Source of the DNA: Mobula hypostoma
Taxonomy: Eukaryota
Assembly: GCF_963921235.1 (NCBI RefSeq)
Contig: NC_086097.1
Coordinates: 23,748,001 to 23,812,000 of the forward strand
DNA length: 64,000 bases
Direction: 5' to 3'
The notes under the pieces are model-generated. The model had not been told where the DNA came from, did not search any database, and worked only from the letters and a program-made list of their open reading frames with translations. Both the position numbers and the translations under genes were made by a program. Position 1 is the stretch's first letter; the number at the start of each line of letters is the position of its first letter. This document shows positions 51,793-62,794 of the stretch, piece by piece.

Positions 51793-52030
51793 CTTCTTCT
51801 TAGCTCATTCCCCCTGTTGAGGCACAGGCTCCTGATAGCGGCTCACCAGAGTCCTCTATCTAGGCCAGTCTCTCAAATTGTCCCCAGGTCTAATCTATAT
51901 TTGAAAATTCTTCCTACCCTGGGCATGAGGTCTTTGGAGCTTCTGGTTGTGTTTCCGCAGCTCAGGGTTTTTATGGTTGCTAGCCCCAAGGCCAACCCAC
52001 CCACTTTCACAGCTGTCCATGGCAGCGTTG
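51793..52030 (-). mobile_element. Short non-autonomous RTE-type element inside a Rex 3' UTR
   Basis: TSD TGGACAGTTTT / TGGATAGTTTT; (GAA)n tail; RTE-like 3' remnant; head GGGTTGG..TGGGGCTAGCAACC..TAAAAACC. Confidence 0.75.
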
Positions 52031-52374
52031 TGGATAGTTTTGAATGAATTCCATTGTTTTTCTTTATTTTCCTGTTCATGCCTGCAAAAGAAAATGAAAC
52101 TCAACAGAGTATATGGTAACATATGTCTACTCTGATCATTTCCTTTGACTTTGGCACTTCACCATGCAGCTGAATTAAATAGAAAATCTTAAAAAGTTGT
52201 AGATACTAGAATTCTGAAATAAAAACAGAAAATGCCAGAAGCTCACAGCATGTTAGGCAGCATCTGTGAAAAGAGAAATAGAGTTAACATTTAAGCTCAG
52301 AGATTCTTCAAATAATTAAAATTATTTAAATGTATCTGGAAGAAAACAGATACTACAAAGTACCCAGGGCATCC

Positions 52375-52790
52375 TCAGGGAGCGATGTCTCAGAAAGTCA
52401 GCGTCCATTATTAAGGACCTCCATCACCCAGAACATACCCTTTTCTTACTGTTGCCATCGGGTAGGAGGTACACAAGCCTGAAGGCACACACTCAGCGAT
52501 TCAGGAACAGCTTCTTCCCCTCTGCCATCCGATTCTTAAATGGACATTGAATCTTTGGACACTACCTCACTTTTTTTTTAATGTACAGTATTTCTGTTTC
52601 TTGCACTTTAAAAAAATCTATTCAGTATATGTATACTGTAATTGATTTACTAATTAATTAATTATTATTATTTTTATTTTATTTTATTTTCTTCTATATT
52701 ATGTATTGCATTGAACTGCTGCTGTTAAGTTAACTAATTTCACGTCACATGCCGGTGATAATACACTTGATTCTGATTGTGACTCTGATG
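52375..52790 (+). mobile_element. Rex1/Babar 3' end
   Basis: RCLRKSASIIKDLHHPEHTLF.LLPSGRRY.SLKAHTQRFRNSFFPSAIRFLN*; (GATTCT)n tail. Confidence 0.85.
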
Positions 52791-53414
52791 TTGGTTACTA
52801 ACCTCTAGGAGAAGCTGATACCACAACCTATGGACTTACTCTCAAGAGCTCTACATCTTATCGTCTCAGTATTATTTGTTTGTTTGTTTATTTGTTTATT
52901 TATTATATCATCATTTTTTTTGTATTTGTACACTTTGTCTTTTGCACATTGGTTATTTGTCAGTCTTTTTTGTGTGTAGTTTTTCACTGATTCTATTGTA
53001 TTTCTTTGTTCTACTGTCAATGCTTGTAAGAAAATGAATATCGATGTAGTACTTGCTGACATATTCATACAGACTTTGATAATAAATATACTCAGACTTT
53101 GACTTTGATCTTTGACAAAAAGCTTAACTGGTTTCCCAAAGTCCTTTATTGTACAATACGTGCTCCCTGGCTAATACATTACCCCAAACCACCAGCTAGA
53201 CTGTTGTCAAATCACTGAATTAGTTTAGAAAGGGCACCTCACCTTCGAAAGTGTGCCCTTATCCCTGAATAAAACAGGAGTAATGCAACACTGGAGATGT
53301 GCCTGACCTAGCAGCAGTAAGTATTGCATATTGCCCTTGGGTTTCCATATAAAATAGCCACATGGAATTAAACTGCCTTCTTTATGTGTTCTCCATTAAG
53401 CATTATTGGCTTCT

Positions 53415-53952
53415 AATTTGTACAAATGTCTTAGGCAGATGTATATAGTAAGGATACCTAAGACTTTTACACAGTACTGTAAATGTCAACGTTGAGCGGA
53501 GAGCAAGTTTGTAAATCTGGTGGGAGCAAGGGATGTTGGGAATGGTGAAGTCGAGTGCCATGGGAGGGCTGTAGGACAGATGGCAGAGGAGGAGTGCAAG
53601 GGGTGGTGGATGGTGTGGGTACAGACGCACCCAACCCTGAGACACCAGGCAAGGGCATTTGATTCCAAAATAAATGGTTTATTGGTAATTACAGAATGCC
53701 TCTCTGGTATTTCCTGCTCCCTCCCTCTACTTTACCCTTTTCCCAACCATGATTCCCCTCTCCCTGCCTCCCTCCCACTCTCAGTCCACTATAGAATCCC
53801 ATATCAGAATAAAGTTTATCATCACTCACATATATCATGAAATACTTTTTTTTTGCAGCAGTACAGGGCAATACATAAAATTTCTACTGTACCGTGTAAA
53901 AATCTTGGGCAACCTAGCTATATATACAGTATGTATCTGATACTTCTTTACA
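53415..53952. mobile_element. Composite element bracketed by mini-Tc1 hairpins
   Basis: Hairpins built on the TIR CAGTACTGTGCAAAAGTCTTAGGCA at both ends; interior matches 63270-63650. Confidence 0.7.
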
Positions 53953-54552
53953 AAATTGCATCTTAAACAGAGTGATAGTTGAACCAAAGAATGATCAATA
54001 ACCGATCAGCGTGCCAACACCAAAAGTTTTTTTTTGTAAATGACCTAGAAGTGACAGAAGCAAAAAATGTTGTATATGATATTTGTGTCCAGCAAGTTTC
54101 TGTTTGGGTTCATTTGTTTTGATCTGTCCAGTACCCATCGGATAGACCTGATGTATTGTGATTTTGGTGACTTCATCACAATCTAGTTCACATCCCTGAG
54201 TTATAATTATTTTGAAATGGTCCATTCCTTTATCTTTAATGCAGAGCTTCACTCTGATGTTATCGGAGAGATTTGATATGCACTGTGAACCACATTTAAC
54301 AGATTATATCTTCCTCTTTGCTCAGGCGCTTTAATCCTTGACAATGCTCTTTGTGCCTGTTAAGTCAATTCCATAACGTTTAACAGAATGAAGAGCTTTT
54401 CTATAATCTATTGATGGAGGCATAGAGTGATAGGAAGAAAGAAAATTATGATTTATATAACCTTTGAGCACAGGAATTAATTCTGTCCCCTGCCCCGATG
54501 CTGAAATGCTCTTCCAAAAAGCAATGCATTTCAGTTCATCATTATCCTATTA

Positions 54553-55010
54553 TTCAAAGTTCAAAGTAAATGTATTATCAGAAGACATTTATGTCACTAT
54601 ATACCGCCTTGAGATTCATTTTCTTGCAGGCATTCACAGTATAACAGAGAAATACAATAGAATCAATGGAAAACTACACACAAAAACTGTCAAACAATGT
54701 GCAAAAGAATCAAAACTGTGCCAAAACAAAAACACCTAATTATAATAAATAAATAATGAGAACGTGAGTTGTAGAGTCCTTGAAAGTGAGTCCATAGGTT
54801 GGGATCAGTTCAGTGTTGAGGTGAGTGAAGTTATCCATGCTGGTTCTGGAGCCTGATGGTTAAAGGGTAGCCACTGATCCTGAACCTGGTGGTGTGCCTC
54901 CTTTGGCAATGGATTCTGCTCTCTTGTGGCAGTACTCCTTGCAGATGTGCTCAATGATGGTGAAGGCTTTGGCTATGATTGACTGGGCTATGTCCATCAC
55001 TTTTTGTAGA
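54553..55010 (-). mobile_element. Rex1/Babar 3' fragment
   Basis: TTCAAAGTTCAAAG tail, UTR shared with 26472 and 40400, antisense QKVMDIAQSII.KA. Confidence 0.7.
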
Positions 55011-55491
55011 CTCCAAGCTGCGAGACAATTCATTTTTAAAAGTTATTTTATAAAATCAATACAGTATCTATGCTGTAGTGTCCTCCAATGTTTTAGCATG
55101 ATATCTTAAAACGTATTTATTTTTGGGCTTCTGTAAGACAACAGTCAGAACTGAAACTCAGTGAAAGATTGACCTCATCACTGGATGGTTAATTCAGATT
55201 AATAGGCATTTAGTAACATAGAGATAAATTCATTTTCCTCTCCATGCAGAATCTGCTCTTTAATTAATCTTGTGCAAAATATGAGCTTGCTTGACGAATA
55301 TTTTTTACATTGAATAGAAGAGGAACACCTGACCTAAATTTAGTTTACTTGGAGTAGACTGAAGGATTTTAAAAAAATCTGCAGATGGCTGATGGATGGT
55401 AAATCTAGTATGGCTGATGCAGATCTGAATTTTTCCTCATCACCTCTGGTAAACTGAAAGAGTAGTTAAAAATAGCTGCAGCTGTTGGCTT

Positions 55492-56060
55492 AGACCAAAA
55501 GACAATAAGGCATGGGAGCAGAATTAGGCTATCTGTTCCCCCATTCAATCATGGGTGATTTATTTTCTCTCTCAACCCCAATCAACCCTGTAACCTTTGA
55601 CACCCTTACTGATGAAGAGCGTATTCAACCTCCACATTAAATATACCCGATGACTTGGCCTCCACAGCTGTCTATGCCAATGAGTTCCACAGATTCACCA
55701 CCCTCTGGTTAATGAGTTCCTCCTCAGCTCTGTTCGAAAGGATTATCCTTCTATTCTGAGATTGTGCCTTCTGGTCTTCGACTCTCTCAATATTGAAACC
55801 ACCCTCTCCACATTCACTCCATCCAGAACTTTCAACATTTAGTAGGTTTCAATAAAATCACATCTTATGCTTCTAAACTCTAGCAAGCACAGGCCCAGAG
55901 CCATCAAATGCTCCTTATACATTAACCTTTTCATACCTGGGATCACTCTCAAAAACTTCCTCTGGACCCTCTCCAATGCTTTATTAGATAATAGGCCCAA
56001 AACAGCTCACAATACTCCAAATGCAATCTGACCAATACTTACAGAGAATCAGGCATTAAA
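55492..56060 (-). mobile_element. CR1 3' portion
   Basis: Antisense CR1 tail and LEY(C).FWA motif (CACAATACTCCAAATG). Confidence 0.8.
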
Positions 56061-56163
56061 AATTTATCCATTCCAGCCAAGGATTGTTGTCCTTTACACT
56101 TTTAATAATCTGAACTATATAAAACATTATTATTTTTTAAAATCAATTAACATGACGGAATCT

Positions 56164-56836
56164 AGATTCTAGATTGGATTATGAGAACACTCAGTCCTCT
56201 TTTATTGTCAGTTAGAAATGCATACATGCATTAAATGATGCAATGTTTCTCTGGAGTGATATCACAGAAAACAGGACAAACCAAAGACTAACACTGACAG
56301 AACCACATAATTATAACATATAGTTACAGCAGTGCAAAGCAATACCATAATTTGATGAAGAACAAAGCATGGGCACGGTAAAAAAAAGTCACAAAGTCCC
56401 GAGTCGATCGACTCCCGAGTCCCCGATAGCAGGCGGCAAAAGGGAGAAACTCCCTGCCATAAACCTCCAGGCACCGTCAACTTGCCGATGCCTTGGAAGC
56501 AGCCGACCACAGCCGACACTGAGTCCATCCGTCCGTCCGAAAACTTCGAGCCTCCGACCCTCCAATACAGCCTCCCGAGCGCCTTTGACCTAGTCCCGGC
56601 TGCTGAAACAAGCAAAGCCAAGGTTTCGGGGCCTTCAGCTCTGGAAATTCCAGTTACCACACTGTAGCAGCGGCCGCGAAGCGGGCATTTCAGAAATTTT
56701 CCAGCAGCTCTTCCGTACTCTCATGTCCGTCTCCATCAAATCAGGATTGTGCACGGTCCCCTACCTGACAGATTACAGATATCATTCACCGGAGAGGCCG
56801 CGTGCGCTGCCATCGCACTGCCATCTTCTCCTCCTC
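56164..56836 (-). mobile_element. Young CpG-rich non-autonomous retroposon
   Basis: Minus strand starts GAGGAGGAGAAGATGGC and ends AATAAAAG...(AATCT)n-like; homolog at 58701-59340. Confidence 0.75.
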
Positions 56837-57262
56837 TAATTTCAGTATTGAGTAGGATTGTGATATTGAATAATAAGTAAAATCAAAATATTGAAATTAC
56901 AGATTAGAATCACAATTTGGTTTATTATCACTGACATGTCACAAAATTTGTTTTGTGGCAACAGTACAGTGCAAGACAACAAATTACAATACAAAATACA
57001 TCGTGCAAAACAGGAATATCAAGGTAATGATCATGGACTGTTTATAAATCAGATGGCAGAGGGTAAAAAGCTGTTTCTAAAATGTTGAGTTTTGGTCTTC
57101 GGGCTCCTGTAGCTTCTCCCTGAGAGTAACAATGCAAAGAGGGCATGTTCCATGTTTCATTTTGACTTTGCCCCTTGGTCTGGATGTGTCCCTCGGACAC
57201 TGAGTGGCTATCTGGACCTTGTTGAAGTGAATAAGGGAATGGTTGGCTCCTAAGTGTGAAAT

Positions 57263-57652
57263 TGGTGACATCCGTTAGTCTCACAAGACCATGGATCTGT
57301 ACCTGGAAAGTCTTGCTTCAATCCTCTCCAGGGCGCAGGCCTGGGCAAGGTTGTATGGAAGACCAGCAGTTGCCCATGCAACAAGTCTCCCCTCTCCATG
57401 ACACCGATGTTGTCCAAGGAAAGGGCAAGGGCCGATGCAGCTTGGCACCAGTGTCATCTCAGGAGTTGCCAGAACGAGGTTGAAGGCAATGTCCGACTGC
57501 CTTAGGGACTCCAGCTCCTGATTAGTCCTCAGGGTTTACTCTTGAAGCCTTTCCCATGAGTAGGTATAGCCACAAGACAGCAGAGGTTTGAAATCAGAGT
57601 TTTCCCTCTCTTAGATGGACTGCCTTCCCAGGCTGACGAGCCCCATCTACCC
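57263..57652 (-). mobile_element. Full-length non-autonomous RTE-headed element
   Basis: Perfect 11-bp TSD AAGTGTGAAAT (57252-57262, 57653-57663); 3' half shared with the SINEs at 3101 and 24738. Confidence 0.85.
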
Positions 57653-58129
57653 AAGTGTGAAATATTGAACCAAATTACCCTAAAGTCATTCCCACCACAT
57701 TGCACTCTATTCCATTAGACCATAAGATATAAGAGCAGAATTAAGCCATTTGGCCCATTGAGTCTGCTCCACCATTTCATCATGACTAATCTAATTTTCC
57801 TCTCAGCCCCAATCTCCTGCCTTCTCCCATATGCAAATAGATTCAGGAATCCTCGTGCAAGACTCCCATAAGGTTAATACACAGGTTGAGTCTGTGGTAA
57901 AGAAGGCAAATAAAATGTTGGCATTTATTTTAAGGTGAATAGAACAAAAAAAAACAAGGAGACAATGCTGAAGCTTTATAAGACACTAGTCAGGTCGCAC
58001 TTGGAGTTCATCTACCTTGTTCTGTATACTGCGCACATTCAGTCCTGTATTCACCCTTTTCCATTTTGTCTATCTTTTTTGTTGCAGCTCATCCTTTTGA
58101 CTGCAAGTTTGCCCTGTCAACATCCTCTC

Positions 58130-59900
58130 TTCACTACACCTTGTCTCTGTTCATAAACCAGCTGCCTTATCTTCAGCAATATCACATTGGTTCCCATCCC
58201 TCTGCCAAATTAGTTTAAACCCTCCCCAAAAACTCTGGCCAACCTGCCCGCAGGGATATTGGACCTGCTCTGGTTCAGATATAACCCGTCCTTTTTGTAC
58301 AGGTCATAGCTTCCCCAGAAGAGATTCCTATGATCTATTAATCTGAACCCCTGACTCCTACACCAGTTCAGCAACCATGTATTCACCTGCCAAATCATCC
58401 TATTCCTACCCTTACAGGTACATGACATGAGCGGCCCTGTTTTTCAGCTTTCTACCTAACTCCCTAAAATATCTCTTCAGGACCTCCTCACCTTGTCTGC
58501 CTATGTCATTGGTGTCAATATTCACCAAAACTTCTGGCTGCTCACCTTCACCCTTCAGAATGTCATGGACATGATCCAAGACATCCCTGATCCTGGCACC
58601 AGGGAGGCAACATACAATCCAGGTGTCTCTAGCGCGCTCACAGAATCTCGTCTCTGTTCATCTGACTAGGGAATCTCTTATCAACACTGCAGTCCTCTTT
58701 TAGATTAGGTTAGATTAGATTAGTTTATGAGGACACGCAGTCCTCTTTTATTGTCATTTAGTAATGCATGCATTAAGAAATGATACAATATTCCTCCGGT
58801 GTGATATCACAGAAACACAGGACAGACCAAGACTGAAAAACTGACAAAAACCACATAATTATAACATATTGTTACAACAGTGCAAGCAATACCGTAACTT
58901 GATGAAGAACAGGCCATGAGCATGGTAAAAAAAAAAGTTCAAAGTCTCTCGAAAGTCCCACATCTCACGCAGACGGGAGAAGGAAGAAAACTCTCCCTGC
59001 CATACCCGACCACAGTCTGACTCTGAGTCGTCCGAAAACTTCGAGCATCCAACCAGCCCTCCGACACCGAGCACCGAGCACCATCTCTGCCGAGTGCTTC
59101 AACCCCAGCCCCGGCCATCAGCAGCAGGCAAAGGCAAGGATTTTGGGGCCTTCCCTCCGGAGATTCTCGATCGCACAATAGCAGCGGCAGCGAACCGGAC
59201 ATTTCAGAAGTATCTCCAGATGTTCCTCCATGCTTCTCATGGCTGTCTCCATCAAATCAGAATTGTGCATGGTACTCTATTTAACAAATACGATATCATT
59301 TCACCAGAGAGGCTGCACACGCTGCGTTCACCTTTCGTCTTCACCTTTCTGCTCTTCTGAGCCCTAACACCAGACTCAGTGCCAGAGGCCAAGACCTGCT
59401 GGTATGTCATCCCCCTCAATAATATCTAAAGTTATATACTTATTATTGAGAGGAACAGTCACAGGTGTACACTGCATTTCCCATCCTTCTCCTGACAGCC
59501 ACCTAAATTACCTGTTTCCTACTATCTAGGGGTGACTACCTCCCTGTAGCTCCTGTCTATCACCTCTTCTTTCTCCTGTATGGGTCGAAGGTCATTGAGC
59601 TGAAGCCCTAATTTCTTATTATGTTCTCTCAGGAGATGCAGCTCAGTATTCCTGGTGCAGATGTGTTTATCCAGGAGACTGGACATCTACATTCCACACA
59701 CATTACAAAACACTGCCTCTGGAGCCATTCTCACTAAACCAGTATGCCCCTAACAGATGAACAAATAAAAACAGAGAGAGGGTAACTTACAAGATATTTT
59801 ATCTCATCCAAAACTGGTTTGGCTTAAGCCTGATGAGCCAAACATTGTCTCAGTCCAAAAGAAGGGCCATTCCAATAATGGCTGCTCTGCTCGCACCTGT
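58130..59900 (-). mobile_element. CR1 copy 3 (5' UTR plus ORF1 esterase), split by the insertion at 58701-59340
   Basis: ORF 58210..58428 RNRMIWQVNTWL..WCR.QGFR.IDH..LFWG.YDLYKKDGL; VCCLPGAR; zf/LZ region near 59600-59700. Confidence 0.85.
58701..59340 (-). mobile_element. Second copy of the CpG-rich non-autonomous retroposon
   Basis: Colinear with 56164-56836; (TAGAT)n tail on the plus strand. Confidence 0.8.
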
Positions 59901-60556
59901 GCTATTTTTATTGGCCCTTCTGAATGAATCTTTCTTTAATGAATCGTTCCTCAATTCAGAGAAACTGCCAAGAAGCTCTGCCTTTAAAATCTCAATTGCC
60001 ATCCTGATTGAAAGCTCGCACTTTTTACTCACTCCCTGACGTCAAATGTCCAACTCCATTGTGATGCTCTCAATAACAATAAGCAAGATTCACTTAGCTT
60101 CTGTCTGTAGGTTGAGGAAGATCAGGCCCTACCCAGAGATACTCCTGAAGGCTTTCTGACAACATGAACTAGCAGAAGGTATGTTGCTATTTAAAAACCT
60201 CTCTGTTAGTAAAACTGAGAATCATAAAGAGAATGAAGATAATTTAAAATAATTAAAAATATTAGTTTTACTTAACTAACATTAAAATTATTTGAGATTG
60301 ACCAAAGTAAAAACAGTACCTTTTTCATAAAGTCCACAGCTCCTTTCTATCAAATGGGACCTCGCATGATGATGGATGGGAAGAAGCTGTTTCTAAAATA
60401 TTGAGTGTGTGTGTTTAGGAAGCATTTGGATAGGTACATGGATGAAAGGGGTTTGGAGGTCTGAGTACAGGTAGATGGGACTGGTTAGAAGATTAGAGGC
60501 ATAGATAATGGGGGCATAAGGCCTGCTTCTGTAATTCTCTGTGACTTTATGACTCA

Positions 60557-60776
60557 CCACCCCGAACTACCTGCCAGCCTATTCATCAAATGGGAGCTCA
60601 AGCACGGGAGGATGAACCCTGGGCGCCCTCCCAAGACTATAGTCAACACGCTCCTAGAAGACAGCGGCACGGCTAATGTAGATGAACTGAACACACTGAT
60701 GAGGGAGAGGGAGAAGTGGAGAGTCCGTCATTGTGCCCGGCGCCGGCCCCCTAGGCCTGAGTCAACGTAGTAGTAG
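60557..60776 (+). mobile_element. Young 5'-truncated RTE-X/RTE LINE 3' end
   Basis: Perfect 10-bp TSD TTATGACTCA; HPELPAS..I.WE.KHG..PGRP.KT....L.EDSG....EL..LM..R..WR; (TAG)n tail. Confidence 0.85.
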
Positions 60777-60879
60777 TTATGACTCATAAAGTAGGTGCCA
60801 ATTCAAGCCATTCCTTTACCTTCCTTCTTATGATAATCTGTTCAATGTTTGAGGGTCCATGGGAAAATAATGAGAGGGG

Positions 60880-61075
60880 TGAGACTAAGCAGAAGTGGTA
60901 GGAAGGGCGCGTTTTGTGAGGGCATCACATTAAAGACAGGTTGGATGGAAGATGAGGGTTAGAAGAAGCTTTCCTTTCTTCTGGGTGGGATGTGGTAAGA
61001 TGTACAGGGATTGGAATAGATGTATTTGAGTTTGGTGGAAGGGGAACCCAGGTGAAAGAGGAAGGAAGGCATCTT
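60880..61075 (-). mobile_element. Old Penelope linker fragment
   Basis: GFP.H....LLLTLIFHPT.L resembles the RVPLVLT.HP motif seen at 13320. Confidence 0.5.
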
Positions 61076-61489
61076 GGGAATTAGTGCCATCACACAGATA
61101 TGACAGATGTGGAGAAACAGGGAGCATGGAATAGGATAGAATGGATTTGCTCATGGATTTTAAAGGCATTCTTCACCACAGCTAGCAAGTTGCTTCACTG
61201 CATTACATGGCCAATACAGCATATGGTGTGAACATTGAGTAGAGATAATCAGCTTGTAGGCATGACTCAGATCACCAGAATAAGAGATTCTAAATTAGTG
61301 TAATCAGAGGTACAATAATTAACAGAATTGTTTTGATAATCAGATCATTTTAACTCAGCTTTGAGATTCCTTTTCTTGTAGGCATTCATAATAGAACAAA
61401 GAAATACAATGGAATCAATGAAAAATTGCACACAAAGACTGTCAAGCAACCAATGTGAAAACGTGCAAATAATAATAAAAGACTAATAA

Positions 61490-62125
61490 ATTCAAGAGAA
61501 TAAATGTAGAAAATGCCAAGAGAAACCAGAAACAATCCAACATATTACGGGATCCTGCAGCAGTTTAATTCAATCTGATGACTTACACAGGCACAATCAA
61601 GTGGCAGACTTCATTCACCAAAATCTTGCTTTAAATTACAAACTCATAAAAGACACCATACCTTACTATAAATATAAGCCTGATCCAGTTTTAGAGTCAG
61701 AGTATCACAAATTATATTATGACCGATATTACTGATAGGACAATCCATAATAACAGTCCAGATATAAAAATACAAGATAAACAAGCAAGAACAACTTACT
61801 AGTAGATATTGCCATTTCAAACACACATAACATACAGAAATCAACAAGTGAAAAACAACAGAAATATGCTGAACTAAAAGAGGAAATTTAAAGACTGTGG
61901 AACATGAACAATCCCAATAATAATATGTACAGCTGGTATAATCTCAAAGGCACTACACAATAGCATCAAACAATTAGGAATTACGCAGCAATGTCTGTGT
62001 AGATCTCCAGAAAGCCACAATACTAAGCACCACTATAATAGTCTGAAAGTTCCTAACTACTGAGAAATGAGTGTTCTTGGCTATGCACGTACCTCAGGTT
62101 TCACCAGCTTGAGCTGAGAAACAAT
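61490..62125 (+). mobile_element. R4/Dong-clade non-LTR retrotransposon 3' end (CCHC knuckle plus restriction-like endonuclease)
   Basis: From 61505: CRKCQEKPETIQHITGSC...RHNQVA..IHQNLA...YYKYKPDPVLE...KLYYDR; then, after frameshifts, ITDRTIHNNSPDI...VDIAI.N.HN....EK..KY.EL. Confidence 0.85.
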
Positions 62126-62794
62126 AAAAATACAAATAAATAAGTAAGACATACTGAGGATATGAATTGTAGAGTCATGAAAGTGAGTTTATAAATTGTG
62201 GAATTGGTTCAGTGAAATACATTGAAAATTGTAAATATATTAAACAAAAAATAAGTTTTTTTGATATTATGATACAATTTAAACTTATCCTACCAGGTGG
62301 AAATATGTGTGTCCCTCCATTCCCTTTCCTATTCATGTGTCTGTCTAAATGTTTTGTAAATGTTGCTATTGTATCTTCTTCCACCACTTCTCCCGGCAGT
62401 GCATTCCACGCACTTGCCACTCTCTTTATAAAAAAAAAGCTTGCCTTGTAAATCACCTTTGAACTTTCCTTTTCTCATATTAGAGCCATGCTATCTCATA
62501 TTTGACTTTTTCACATGGAAAATAGATTCTGACCATCTATACCTCTCATAATTTATATACATCTCTCAGGTCACCCTCAGCATCTGATGCTCCGAGGAAA
62601 GTATTTATATTCTCTTCCAGTCCTGCAGACCTTTGAGATATTTGTGCCCAGCTCATGTTTCCTGGATCCCTGAATTTAATTGAACCAGCTATCCCGTCCC
62701 TGCAACTGTCTGCTGCCTAAGTACTAAAGTCTCTCCCTGGACCTTTAGACCTCTTTAAATTTTTAAAGTTTTACCTGATCAAACTCTGGGCTGT

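Noticed and set aside
59833..60039. Overlapping short ORFs on both strands
   Set aside because: They lie at or next to the 5' UTR of the minus-strand CR1, with no coding evidence
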